Below, piece by piece: positions 22,730-32,545 of a stretch of DNA of 64,000 nucleotides; the first letter of the stretch is position 1; every line of letters starts with the position of its first letter. The DNA lies in NCBI GenBank assembly GCA_965227515.1, contig CBDDFZ010000001.1, positions 480,001 to 544,000 of the forward strand. Direction: 5' to 3'. Source of the stretch: Alphaproteobacteria bacterium (GTDB lineage Bacteria; Pseudomonadota; Alphaproteobacteria; CALKHQ01). Made by a program: the position numbers and the translations under genes. The notes under the pieces were generated by a model. The model had not been told where the DNA came from and ran no database searches. It worked only from the letters and a program-made list of their open reading frames with translations.

Positions 22730-22843
22730 ATTGAGCTCAGGGCATCACGCGCCGTCGACGGGACCTTAAGAAGCGGCGGGTACGGTTCGGCCATTCGGCT
22801 CGCGTAATGCAGCGCCGACACTCTCTCAGCCATCGGCGGCGCG

Positions 22844-24115
22844 ATGATCGTCATCTCCAACGGGTTTTCCAAGTTCCACCTGGCGATCGCCGCCAGCGAG
22901 ATGGCGCGGCGCGACCGGCTGACGGCGATGCTAACCGGCGCCTACCCGACGCCGTTCGTGCGCCAAGTGGTCAAGCGCCTGGGCGGCCACGCCAAGCTCG
23001 CCCGCCTGCTGGCCCGCGCCGAGCAGGTGCCCGACGCGCTGGTCCATCCGCTGTGGATGGGCGAGGTGATGGACGGGGTGGCGCGGCGCTTCCACGGCAG
23101 CCCGCTGAACGGGCTGGCCGGAAAGCTGGAGGTCGCGGCCCACCGCCGCTATTCCAAGGCGGCGGCGACCGCGCTGCGCCGCCACGGCGCCGGTGCGCGC
23201 ATCTATCACTATCGTGCTGGCTTCGGCGGCCCTTCGGTGGCGACGGCCCGCGCCATGGGCATGATCCCGGTCTGCGACCACACCATCGCCCACCCGGCTC
23301 TGGTCGGCTATCTGGTCGAGAATGCCGGCGCGATGCCGCCGGCCGACGTGTCGCCGCCGCTGGACGGGTTCTGGACCCAGGTGATGGACGACATCCGGCT
23401 CGGCGACCACATCGTGGTCAATTCCGACTTCGTGAAGGACACGTTCGTCAATCGCGGCTGGGACCCGGACAAGATCACCGTGATCTATCTCGGCGTCGAC
23501 GACGCGTTCCTGGACGGGCTGCCGCCGCGCGACGTGGACGACGCAACCGATGGGCCATTGCGCTTGCTGTTCGCCGGCCATCTGAGCGCGCGCAAGGGCG
23601 GGCCGGACGTGGTCGCGGCCTTCAACATGCTGGACGATGTCGACTGGCGGCTGGAGATTGCCGGCAACATCGAGCCGGCGGTGCTGGCCGCCGACCCGGC
23701 GTTTTTCGAGGACCCGCGCGTGGTCCGGCTCGGCAGCCTGTCGCGTGCCGAGCTGGCCAAGGTCATGGCACGCAACGAGGTGTTCGTCTTCCCGTCGCTG
23801 GCCGAGGGCTCGGCGCGGGTGGTGTTCGAGGCGCTGGCCGCCGGCTGCTACGCCATCGTCACACCGAATGCCGGGTCAGTGGTGCAAGACGGGGTGCACG
23901 GCGCCCTGGTGCCGCCGGGCCGTCCGGATGCCATTGTCGATGCGGTGCGCGCCGCAGCCGCCGACCGTCCGCGTACGGCGCAGATCGGCGCCGCCAACGC
24001 CGCCGCCGTGCGCGACCACCACCGCCAGCGCCACTATGGCGATGGTTTGGTGGCGCTCTACGACCGGTTGTTGGGGAAACGAGGCGCGTCCGGCGTCGCC
24101 AAACCCACCGGTTGA
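22844..24115 (+). CDS. Glycosyltransferase family 4 (GT-B)
   Basis: LFAGHLSARKG, FVFPSLAEGSARVVFEALAAG (EX7E). Confidence 0.9.
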   Translation: MIVISNGFSKFHLAIAASEMARRDRLTAMLTGAYPTPFVRQVVKRLGGHAKLARLLARAEQVPDALVHPLWMGEVMDGVARRFHGSPLNGLAGKLEVAAHRRYSKAAATALRRHGAGARIYHYRAGFGGPSVATARAMGMIPVCDHTIAHPALVGYLVENAGAMPPADVSPPLDGFWTQVMDDIRLGDHIVVNSDFVKDTFVNRGWDPDKITVIYLGVDDAFLDGLPPRDVDDATDGPLRLLFAGHLSARKGGPDVVAAFNMLDDVDWRLEIAGNIEPAVLAADPAFFEDPRVVRLGSLSRAELAKVMARNEVFVFPSLAEGSARVVFEALAAGCYAIVTPNAGSVVQDGVHGALVPPGRPDAIVDAVRAAAADRPRTAQIGAANAAAVRDHHRQRHYGDGLVALYDRLLGKRGASGVAKPTG

Positions 24116-24288
24116 CGCCCTCGCCCTTGTGGCGAGGGCCCATTTGTGGGGCGGGCCCAGCCGTTTCCGAGAGACGCTGCCAAAGCCGGCCCGGTCACAG
24201 CACCTGCCGCCACCCCGGACGGCGTTTTGCCTCAAGCCATTGGTGTATTGGACGAGAATGGGTCCTCGCCACAAGGGCGAGGACGACG
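24116..24288. repeat. REPIN-like element (inverted doublet of CGTC-type REP), copy A
   Basis: CGCCCTCGCCCTTGTGGCGAGGGCCCAT ... ATGGGTCCTCGCCACAAGGGCGAGGACGACG between convergent genes. Confidence 0.88.
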
Positions 24289-24296
24289 ATAATCTC

Positions 24297-25514
24297 TTAG
24301 GCCCCCAGGGCGCGCTTCAAATTGCCGTCGATGGCGTCGAAGAAGCCTGCCGAGGTCAGCCAGTCCTGATCGTCGCCGACCAGCAGCGCCAGGTCCTTGG
24401 TCATCTGGCCGCCTTCCACGGTGTCGATGCAGACTTTCTCCAGCGTATCGGCGAATTTCTCCACTTCGGGCGTGCTGTCGAACTTGCCGCGGTACTTCAG
24501 CCCACGGGTCCAGGCGAAGATCGACGCGATTGGGTTGGTCGACGTCTCCTTGCCTTCCTGCCACTGGCGGTAGTGGCGGGTGACGGTGCCGTGCGCGGCC
24601 TCCGCCTCCACGGTCTGGCCATCGGGCGTCATCAGCACCGAGGTCATCAGGCCCAGCGAGCCGAAGCCCTGCGCCACCGTGTCGGACTGCACGTCGCCGT
24701 CGTAGTTCTTGCAGGCCCACACGAACCCGCCTTCCCACTTCATGGCGCAGGCGACCATATCGTCGATCAGCCGGTGCTCGTAGGTCAGCCCGGCCTCGTC
24801 GTACTTGGCCTTGAACTCGGTGTCGAAGATCTCCTGGAACAGGTCTTTGAAGCGCCCGTCATAGGCTTTCATGATCGTGTTCTTGGTCGACAGATACAGC
24901 GGATAGCCGCGCTGCAGGCCATAGTTCATGCAGGCGCGCGCAAAGCCGGCGATGCTCTCGTCGACGTTGTACATCGACATCGCGACACCGCTGCCCTCGA
25001 AGTGGAACACCTCGTGGCTGACCGGTTCGCCGCCGCCATCGGGCGTGAAGGTCATGGTCAGCTTGCCCGGCCCCGGCACCTTGATATCGGTGGCGCGGTA
25101 CTGGTCGCCGAACGCATGGCGGCCGATCACGATCGGCTTGGTCCAGCCCGGCACGTAGCGCGGCACGTTGGAGCAGATGATCGGCTCGCGGAACACGGTG
25201 CCGCCGATGATGTTGCGGATGGTGCCGTTGGGCGAGCGGTACATGCGCTTCAGCCCGAACTCCTCCACCCGCGCCTCGTCCGGCGTGATGGTGGCGCACT
25301 TGACGCCGACCCCGTACTTCTTGATCGCGTTGGCCGCATCGACGGTGATCTGGTCGTCGGTCTCGTCGCGCTTCTCGATGCCCAGGTCGTAGTATTCCAG
25401 CTTGATGTCGAGATAGGGCTCGATCAGCCGGTCCTTGATCCACTGCCAGATCACCCTGGTCATTTCGTCGCCGTCGATCTCAACGACCGGTGTCTTCACC
25501 TCAATCTTGCTCAT
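24297..25514 (-). CDS. icd: NADP-dependent isocitrate dehydrogenase (type II)
   Basis: [46 protein letters not shown]. Confidence 0.97.
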   Translation of the reverse strand: MSKIEVKTPVVEIDGDEMTRVIWQWIKDRLIEPYLDIKLEYYDLGIEKRDETDDQITVDAANAIKKYGVGVKCATITPDEARVEEFGLKRMYRSPNGTIRNIIGGTVFREPIICSNVPRYVPGWTKPIVIGRHAFGDQYRATDIKVPGPGKLTMTFTPDGGGEPVSHEVFHFEGSGVAMSMYNVDESIAGFARACMNYGLQRGYPLYLSTKNTIMKAYDGRFKDLFQEIFDTEFKAKYDEAGLTYEHRLIDDMVACAMKWEGGFVWACKNYDGDVQSDTVAQGFGSLGLMTSVLMTPDGQTVEAEAAHGTVTRHYRQWQEGKETSTNPIASIFAWTRGLKYRGKFDSTPEVEKFADTLEKVCIDTVEGGQMTKDLALLVGDDQDWLTSAGFFDAIDGNLKRALGA

Positions 25515-25570
25515 CTGATCCTCGTCTGAGAGTCCGATTTACGCGCGTCGCTCTCATTGTACTCATTGTA

Positions 25571-25650
25571 CGCCAGCCCTCATCCCCACCCGGTCAGCCA
25601 CAGAACGCATCATGCCTGGGTGGCCGGGTGGGGGAGAGGGCCGGTGCCGA
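25571..25650. repeat. Palindromic intergenic repeat, CCCTCTCCCCCACCCGG family, copy 2
   Basis: Reverse complement aligns with 6014-6093 including the flanks tcggcaccggccctctccccc and gagggctggcg. Confidence 0.85.
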
Positions 25651-25670
25651 ATTGGCGCTAGAACAACGCG

Positions 25671-26300
25671 CTACATCCATTTCTGTTTCAGGTCGGACTG
25701 CGGCTGTGCGGTTTCCGCAATGGCGGCGGGTACGTCGGCCACGTCCGACACCACCGTCACCAGCCCGCGGTGTTCCGGCCCCAGATAGCCGGTTGCCGCC
25801 ATATCGTCCAGCAACGCCGTCAGGTGGCGCCAGTAACCGTCGACGTCGATCACGATCACCGGCTTGTTGTGCAGCCCGAGCTGCCGCCAGGTCACGATCT
25901 CGAAGGTCTCGTCCAGGGTGCCAAGCCCGCCCGGCAGCACCAGGAAGGCGTCGGACAGCTCGGCCATGCGCTGCTTGCGCAGGTGCATGTTGTCGACGAT
26001 TTCCAGCCGGGTGACGCCGGAATGGCCGACCTCGTGCTCGTGCAGGAAGGTCGGGATGATGCCGATCACCTCGGCCCCCGCCTCCAGCGCGGCATCGGCC
26101 ACCCGGCCCATCAGGCCGACGCGACCGCCGCCGAAGACCAGCCGCCAGCCATTCGCGCCGCACATCCGGCCCAGCGCGTCGGCCGCGGCCTTGTGCGTGT
26201 CGGGGCCGCGATTGGATGACCCGCAATAGACGCAGACGCTGATGCCGGAGGTGCCCGGCCCCATGTCTGCGGACTGTTCCGGGGCTTTGGAGCGTTCCAT
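25671..26300 (-). CDS. LOG family (TIGR00730) nucleotide phosphoribohydrolase
   Basis: VCVYCGSS, GGGRVGLMG, MHLRK, PGGLGTLDE; start uncertain (26300 or 26264). Confidence 0.92.
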   Translation of the reverse strand: MERSKAPEQSADMGPGTSGISVCVYCGSSNRGPDTHKAAADALGRMCGANGWRLVFGGGRVGLMGRVADAALEAGAEVIGIIPTFLHEHEVGHSGVTRLEIVDNMHLRKQRMAELSDAFLVLPGGLGTLDETFEIVTWRQLGLHNKPVIVIDVDGYWRHLTALLDDMAATGYLGPEHRGLVTVVSDVADVPAAIAETAQPQSDLKQKWM

Positions 26301-26629
26301 ATCTGAGGACTGTTTGGGCAATCGCCACTCCCACGGGCGCGCGCCGCCCGGTGGGCGGCACACGGCCCGACAACAACAAAAAGCGCCGAACGGGGGCTGC
26401 CCGATCGGCTGTCGCACCAGCCTATGCCAGACCCGGCGCCAACAGGCAAGTCCCGCACCGTCCAGGCGGCGGCGAGCACCGGTTTGGCGCGCCCGTCGCG
26501 TTCATGCCATATTGCTGTGCCTGACTGGTTGCGCCGTTAGGTGCTAATGCTGTGCGTCCGAGACGTTGGGCTGTGCCGCGTCGCGCGGCGTATCGCCCGC
26601 GCGATGGACGCAATTGGAGATCCGATCCC

Positions 26630-29600
26630 GTGAACAAGTCTCTCAGCCTGGTGATTGCGGTTCTGGTCATCGCGGTGGCGATTGCCGTTTATGTCGGTTC
26701 GCTCGAGGACGAGGAGCCCGACCCGCAGACCGGCCCGGATAGCGACGTCAGCGATACCGACACGGGTGACGACACCGACACGGGTGACGATGCCGACACA
26801 CCGGAGGATGCCGATAGCGATACGCCGGCCTCCGACGATGCTACCGACGAGCCGGCGTCCGATGACGCAGTTGATGAGCCCGCATCCGACGATGCGGCTG
26901 ACGAACCGGCGTCCGACGACGCCACCGACGAACCGGCTTCCGATGACGCGGCTGACGAACCGGCGCCTGACGATGCGACCGATGAGCCCGCATCCGACGA
27001 CGCCACCGACGAGCCGGCGTCCGACGACGCCACAGACGACGCCACAGACGAGCCGGCATCCGATGACGCCACCGACGAACCGGCATCCGACGACGCGGCT
27101 GACGAACCGGCATCCGACGACGCCACCGACGAACCGGCATCCGATGACGCGACCGACGAGCCGGCATCCGACGACGCGACCGACGAGCCGGCTTCCAACG
27201 ACGCCACCGACGAACCGGCATCCGATGACGCGACCGACGAACCGGCATCCGACGACGCGACCGATGAGCCGGCATCCGACGACGCCGCGGCGGACGATGC
27301 TCCCGGTGACATGGACATCGACACCAATGCGGCGATCAGTGTCGAAGATCCGAACGCGGACGCGCTCGAACTGCCGCTGGAGCCCGAAACGCCTGACGCA
27401 GGCGACACCGACGCGGCGCCCGCCGACGAAGACGCAACGGTCGAAGATGACCCCGATATCGCGCCGGACGATCAGTCCGACGCCGCCATTGGTGACGCGC
27501 CCGACGCAAGCCTGGCAGACGTGGCGGACGAGACACCCGCCGTGGATATCGCCGAGGACGTGGCCGAGGACACGATCGACGAAGCGGTTGAGGACCTTGC
27601 CGCCACCGACGGCCCGGTCGATGTGCCGGTGGCGGTGGAAGACGCCACTGCCGAAGACGTGGCCGAAGACGTGGCCGAAGACTTGGCCGAAGACTTGGCT
27701 GAGGATGTCGTCGAGGACTTGGCCGAGGACGTCGTCGCGGACGGGACCGAGATTCTCGGCGACGAAACAGCGCCTGACGCGGTCGACCCCGCGCAGGAGG
27801 TCGTCGAACACATCGTCACCGATGCCGCTGATGAGATCGCGGAGGATCTGGCGGCTGTCGACGACGCGCCGATCGACGAAGCGGCGCCGGGCGACCTCGT
27901 CGACGTGCCGGCGGAGGATGGGTTGCCGGCTGATGACACCGGCCCCGTTGTTGCCGAGGACACGCCGGAGGTCCTGGACGAGGATGTGGCGGTCGTCGAA
28001 GACGCGCCAGTGGACGATGTGCCGGTGGCCGATGTGCCGGTGGCCGATGCGCCCGTGAACAATGCGCCGGTGGACGATGCGCCCGTGGCCGATGCGCCCG
28101 TGGATGAAATGCCAATCGACCAGGCGCCAACCGATACCGTGGACGCCGATGTCCTGGAGCCCGACACCGACGTCGCGGACGCGGATGTACCGGCCGAGAT
28201 CGCCGACACCGACGTCGCGGACGCGGATGTACCGGCCGAGACCGCCGACACCGACGTCGCGGACGCCGATGTGCCGGCCGAGACCGCCGATGCCATTGAG
28301 ACGATCGGCGAGACCACGGACGAAACGGTTTCGTCGGTGGTCGACTTGGCCGACTCCATCGCGGAATCGCTGGCGAACCCATCCGAGACTGCGGATGCGG
28401 ATGCGCCCGACACCGAGGCGCCCGACACTGAGGCGATAACCGCGCTGGACGACCCGGTCGAGCCGGCGACGCCCGACGAGCCCACAGCAGACCAGGCCCC
28501 GTCCGACCGGCCGGCGGACGATCTGCGCCCCCGCGACGAGTCGACCCTGGTCGACGCCATGCCTGAGCAGCCCGACGACCAGGATGGACCGGTCGCCGAT
28601 GTGGCGGACGCGGCGGATATGGCCCCAGAAAACACAACGGAAGAAACAGCCGAAGACCCAGTGGAAGACGTTGTGGCAGACGCCGTCGAAGACGGCCCGG
28701 TCGCGGATGTGGCGGCCGACGGTGTCGACGATGCCGCCGACCCGGCCTCCGAGGACGGCACCAGCACGCCAGTGATCGCCGGCGTGCCCGGCGATGTGCC
28801 GGAAGAAACCGACGCCGCCGTCGTGGAGGCGCCGGGCGACAGCCTGAACGGCGATGAGGTCGCCATTCTCGACCGCCCATCGCTGCTGCCGTCTGACGAC
28901 ACGCCGGATCAGGACCAGGCCGCCAGCGATGAGCCCGCCCTGGACGCGCCGCTGGATACCGGGCCCAACACCGCCTCCGACGTGCCGGATTCCGCCACCG
29001 CCATCGGTGAGGACGCGCCCGTGCGCACCCTCAGCGACAGCCAGCAGGACGTGGAGGAGGGGCCGACCTACGACGTGGTCCGCGTGTCCGGCAGCGGCAT
29101 GCTCACCATCGCCGGCCTCGGCACGCCCTACACCAAGATCGTGCTGACCAAGGACGGCGAGGTCATCGGCGAGGAAATCTCCGACTCCCAGGGCAACTGG
29201 GTGTTCTTCGGGCTCGATCCGCTGCCGCCCGGCGTCCATCGCATCGGCGCCATCGAGATCAAGCCGGACGGCTCGCAGGTGCCGTCTGAGAACCTGGTGC
29301 TGATCGTGGTGCCCGAACGCGGCGCCGACATTGCCGGGCGCACCGGCAACGACCGCGCCGACCAGCCATTGGTGATGCTGGTGCCGAGCGACGGCGGCCC
29401 GGCCTCTGTCGTCATGCAGGTGCCGGAGCCCGACCAGCCTGTGGTCGCGGATGCGGCCGATGCCGAGGAGGGCGACAGCCCGATCATCTTCGATCGGCCG
29501 GCGATGCCCGGCGCGGACGACGAGGCGGTTGCCGACAATGATGCGGCCGACAGCGATGTCGTGGAGCCGGCCGAGGTGGCCGACGCCTCCGCCGATGAAC

Positions 29601-30289
29601 CGATTGACGGCCCAGTGGATAGTTTGGCCAGCGACGACCCGGAGGACAGCGCCCCCATCGGCGATCTGGCGCTGGCCGACCCGGCCGACACGCCGGCGCC
29701 CCTGGTGCCGGACCGTACCGTCGAGGACATCGCGGTCGATCCCGATGTTGCGGAAGACGGTCCTGCCGACGACGGGTCCGAGGCCGATGAGGCGCCCCTG
29801 CTGTCGCGCACCCCGATGCCGGAAGGCGACGAAACCGGAGAGGACGCCGACATCGGCGTCGGCGTGGTCGACTATGACGACGGCGGCGTTATCAACTTCA
29901 CCGGCGACGCACCGCCGGGGGCGACCGTGCAGGTCTATCTCGACAACGTCGCGCTGGGCATCACCGAGGCCGAGCCGAGCGGTGCCTGGCAGCTCGCGCC
30001 GACCCAGGTGGTGCCGGTAGGCCGTCATGAGATCCGGATCGACCAGATCGCGCCCAATGGCGACGTGATCGCCCGCATCGAACTGCCGTTCGAGCGCGCG
30101 GCCCCCATCGACGACATGCCGACCAATGCCTATGTCGTGGTGGAGCCGGGGCAGAGCCTGTGGCGGATCGCGCGCCGGGTCTATGGCGAGGGCATCCGCT
30201 ACACCGAGATCTATGCCGCCAATGCCGGCCAGATCGCGGACCCGAATATGATCTATCCGGGCCAGGTGTTCATCATCCCCAACGGGTGA
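26630..30289 (+). CDS. Membrane-anchored LysM protein with ~770-aa acidic repeat region and two Ig-like domains
   Basis: GTG start after GGAGA; N-terminal TM; D/E/A/P-rich repeats; YDVVRV..SG and VDYDDGG..G.A.PG beta domains; C-terminal LysM VVEPGQSLWRIA...IYPGQVF. Confidence 0.88.
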   Translation: MNKSLSLVIAVLVIAVAIAVYVGSLEDEEPDPQTGPDSDVSDTDTGDDTDTGDDADTPEDADSDTPASDDATDEPASDDAVDEPASDDAADEPASDDATDEPASDDAADEPAPDDATDEPASDDATDEPASDDATDDATDEPASDDATDEPASDDAADEPASDDATDEPASDDATDEPASDDATDEPASNDATDEPASDDATDEPASDDATDEPASDDAAADDAPGDMDIDTNAAISVEDPNADALELPLEPETPDAGDTDAAPADEDATVEDDPDIAPDDQSDAAIGDAPDASLADVADETPAVDIAEDVAEDTIDEAVEDLAATDGPVDVPVAVEDATAEDVAEDVAEDLAEDLAEDVVEDLAEDVVADGTEILGDETAPDAVDPAQEVVEHIVTDAADEIAEDLAAVDDAPIDEAAPGDLVDVPAEDGLPADDTGPVVAEDTPEVLDEDVAVVEDAPVDDVPVADVPVADAPVNNAPVDDAPVADAPVDEMPIDQAPTDTVDADVLEPDTDVADADVPAEIADTDVADADVPAETADTDVADADVPAETADAIETIGETTDETVSSVVDLADSIAESLANPSETADADAPDTEAPDTEAITALDDPVEPATPDEPTADQAPSDRPADDLRPRDESTLVDAMPEQPDDQDGPVADVADAADMAPENTTEETAEDPVEDVVADAVEDGPVADVAADGVDDAADPASEDGTSTPVIAGVPGDVPEETDAAVVEAPGDSLNGDEVAILDRPSLLPSDDTPDQDQAASDEPALDAPLDTGPNTASDVPDSATAIGEDAPVRTLSDSQQDVEEGPTYDVVRVSGSGMLTIAGLGTPYTKIVLTKDGEVIGEEISDSQGNWVFFGLDPLPPGVHRIGAIEIKPDGSQVPSENLVLIVVPERGADIAGRTGNDRADQPLVMLVPSDGGPASVVMQVPEPDQPVVADAADAEEGDSPIIFDRPAMPGADDEAVADNDAADSDVVEPAEVADASADEPIDGPVDSLASDDPEDSAPIGDLALADPADTPAPLVPDRTVEDIAVDPDVAEDGPADDGSEADEAPLLSRTPMPEGDETGEDADIGVGVVDYDDGGVINFTGDAPPGATVQVYLDNVALGITEAEPSGAWQLAPTQVVPVGRHEIRIDQIAPNGDVIARIELPFERAAPIDDMPTNAYVVVEPGQSLWRIARRVYGEGIRYTEIYAANAGQIADPNMIYPGQVFIIPNG
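26819..27289 (+). repeat. Coding 27-bp tandem repeat, 17 copies (DEPASDDAT)
   Basis: Counted from the translation; one 12-bp DDAT insertion; copies vary mostly at synonymous positions. Confidence 0.92.
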
Positions 30290-30297
30290 GTCCATTT

Positions 30298-30419
30298 CGT
30301 CATTGCGAGCGAAGCGAAGCAATCCAGGCGATTGCCGCGACTATGCCCGAGATGCCTCTGGATTGCCGCGTCGCGCCCGCCCTCGCTTGGCGATAGGGCA
30401 GGCGCTCCTCGCAATGACG
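30298..30419. repeat. CGTC-type palindromic repeat (CGTCATTGCGAG...CTCGCAATGACG)
   Basis: cgtcattgcgagcgaagcgaagcaatccag ... ctggattgccgcgtcg...ctcctcgcaatgacg, a common alphaproteobacterial intergenic repeat. Confidence 0.85.
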
Positions 30420-30473
30420 GCAAAGTTCCGCAACGCCACCGCCATCGCAACCGCGCTTTCGGTGCCCCGCCAC

Positions 30474-30495
30474 TGCTGACATAATGTTGTCAGTA
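30474..30495. promoter_or_regulatory. Putative operator of the WYL regulator
   Basis: TGCTGACA-taatgt-TGTCAGTA palindrome ~21 bp upstream of the ATG. Confidence 0.7.
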
Positions 30496-30516
30496 GGGGC
30501 GGGGTAAACCTCCACC

Positions 30517-31200
30517 ATGCGGCGTGCCGACCGGTTGTTCCAGATCATCGAGTTTCTGCGTGCCCGCCGGCGCGCGGTAACGGCGCACGAGATCGCCGAG
30601 ACCCTGGAGGTCTCGGTGCGCACCATTTATCGCGACATGGCCGACCTGGTGATGTCCGGCGTGCCGATCGAGGGCGAGGCCGGGGTCGGCTATGTGCTGC
30701 GCGACGGCTTCCACTTGCCGCCGATCATGCTGGACCGCGACGAGATCGAGGCGGTGGCGCTGGGCATGGCCCTGGTATCGCGCTGGGCCGATCCGCCGCT
30801 GGCGTCCGCCGCCGAGCGGGTGCGGGCCAAGCTCGCCTCGGTGCTGCCGCGCCATATGTCCGGTGACTTCGCCAACGCCATGCTGTTCGCGCCCGCGTTC
30901 CCCGGCAATTTCGGCGCGCCGGAGGTGATGACCCAGTTGCGGCTGGCGGTGCGCGAGCGCCAGCGGGTGGCCCTGAACTACACCGACGTCAACGGCAACA
31001 ACACCGAGCGCGAGGTCCGCCCGCTGGGCCTCGCCTTCTTCGCCCCGCACTGGACCCTGGCGTCATGGTGCGAGTTGCGGGAGGATTTCCGCACCTTCCG
31101 GCTCGACCGGATGCTGAAGGTCTTGCCGACCGGCACCAATTTCCGCGACGAGCCCGGCAAGCGGATGGCCGACTACGTCAAGCGCTCGATGAGTTGTTGA
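30517..31200 (+). CDS. YafY-family HTH-WYL transcriptional regulator
   Basis: MRRADRLFQII, EVSVRTIYRD, GEAGVGY, R.VRPLGL, WCELREDFRTFRLDR. Confidence 0.93.
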   Translation: MRRADRLFQIIEFLRARRRAVTAHEIAETLEVSVRTIYRDMADLVMSGVPIEGEAGVGYVLRDGFHLPPIMLDRDEIEAVALGMALVSRWADPPLASAAERVRAKLASVLPRHMSGDFANAMLFAPAFPGNFGAPEVMTQLRLAVRERQRVALNYTDVNGNNTEREVRPLGLAFFAPHWTLASWCELREDFRTFRLDRMLKVLPTGTNFRDEPGKRMADYVKRSMSC

Positions 31201-31296
31201 TTCTTTCGATTCTGGCTCGCAGCCCCTCCTTCGAGCAGGCTACCTGATCTTCATCAGCCCCCACGCCTCGCCCGGCTCCTGCAACAGCAAGCTATT

Positions 31297-31472
31297 GTCG
31301 TCCTCGCCCTTGTGGCGAGGACCCATTCATAGCCAGTACTTCAACGGGTTGAGGTGAATCGCTGTGAGAGGTGGCAGGCGGCCGGATGCGATGGTCCGAC
31401 TCAGCCAACTCCTTTCGGCACTGGCCCGGACCGCCCCACAAATGGGCCCTCGCGACAAGCGCGAGGGCGACG
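31297..31472. repeat. REPIN-like element, copy B (reverse of copy A)
   Basis: Same REP termini; internal ccgccccacaaatgggccctcgc is the reverse complement of the start of copy A. Confidence 0.88.
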
Positions 31473-31475
31473 GGG

Positions 31476-32444
31476 TCAATTCCGCGGTGGTGGCGGGCCC
31501 TGGCCCGGCCGTGGCGGCGGCGGGCCTTGTCCAGGACCTTGGCCTTGTCCGGGACCTTGTCCCTGCCCCGGCCCTTGGCCCTGTCCGGGTCCTTGCCCCT
31601 GCCGACCGCCGCCGAGGGTGAACGACGGGTCGGGCGTACCCATGAAGCAGCGCGGAATGAACGGGAACGTGTCGGTCAGCACATAATGATAGATGCCGCC
31701 CGGGTATTCCGGCGTCGCCGCGAAACGGCCGTTGCACTGGTCGAGGTCGCCCAGGCCCGGCACGTATTCGTAGTCCTGCACGAACGTGCCGTCATGGGCG
31801 CCGCCGGGACCGCCGGTGCGCTGGCCGCTCCTGACCCGCCAGCTCGACCGCAACGGCACGACCTGGCCGCCGGCAACCGACGGGTCGGCATAGCCGGTGC
31901 GAATGTAGATCGGAAAGCCGTCGGCGGCCCAGCCGATCAGCTGGCCGTGGCCGTCGCCATGCACCCGCGCGGCCAACGCCGCCGGGATGCCGTGATAGTG
32001 GTAGGCGCCGGTCGGCTGCACGTGGGCATTCTGGCTGTCGACACCCAGATTGATGCCACCGCCCAGCGCCTCGTACTGCCAGCCGGACTGCGGGTTGCGG
32101 TTCCAGTATTCGGCCGCGCCCGGATCGAACGGCACGCCGTTGACCGCGATGCCGAACTTGCCGAGCGACACATCTGTCGGCACGCCTGTCATCTGCGGGG
32201 TGGCCGGCACCCTGAATGCAAAGCTCTGCGCCGAAATGGCATTCGGGTTGCCGCTGTTCGGGAACTGGCCGACGGCATGGTCGGGAATGCCATTGGACAC
32301 GATGACCCGATAACCGCCATCGACCGAGATGTTGACCTGGTTGGACTGCGCGGCTGCCGGCAGCGACGCGGCGCCGAGCGCCATCAGTGCCCCAGAAAAC
32401 AGATACGCGCGCGCCAACCGCCCCGCAGCTACCTTGGTCCCCAT
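31476..32444 (-). CDS. Secreted YHYH-domain protein with Gly/Gln/Pro tail
   Basis: Signal peptide AAA|Q; SNGIPDH, GIAVNGVPF, AHVQPTGAYHYHG, GWAADGFPIY, DLDQCNG, YHY; (GQGQGP)x4 tail. Confidence 0.9.
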   Translation of the reverse strand: MGTKVAAGRLARAYLFSGALMALGAASLPAAAQSNQVNISVDGGYRVIVSNGIPDHAVGQFPNSGNPNAISAQSFAFRVPATPQMTGVPTDVSLGKFGIAVNGVPFDPGAAEYWNRNPQSGWQYEALGGGINLGVDSQNAHVQPTGAYHYHGIPAALAARVHGDGHGQLIGWAADGFPIYIRTGYADPSVAGGQVVPLRSSWRVRSGQRTGGPGGAHDGTFVQDYEYVPGLGDLDQCNGRFAATPEYPGGIYHYVLTDTFPFIPRCFMGTPDPSFTLGGGRQGQGPGQGQGPGQGQGPGQGQGPGQGPPPPRPGQGPPPPRN

Positions 32445-32545
32445 GAATTCGCCTCGTCGTCGGATGCCCGGATGGCGTCCAGCCTACCACTGGCAGGCAT
32501 CGCCGGCGGCGCGGCGTTGTCGCACCCCACCGCCGGATTGCGCCG

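Noticed and set aside
26819-27289. 27-bp repeat array as a CRISPR
   Set aside because: Head-to-tail repeats with no unique spacers, in frame within a protein, no cas genes
25671-30289. LOG next to the LysM gene as a novel or defence system
   Set aside because: This adjacency is common in alphaproteobacteria and the LOG protein is canonical
26537-30322. 1261-aa antisense ORF, and similar long shadows (4086-6107, 32756-35311, 36385-38970, 50559-54419, 58366-60981)
   Set aside because: Reverse-frame shadows of real genes, expected in high-GC DNA; no motifs
30517-31200. WYL gene as a marker of a defence island
   Set aside because: Short YafY type with no nuclease, helicase, toxin or RM genes around it
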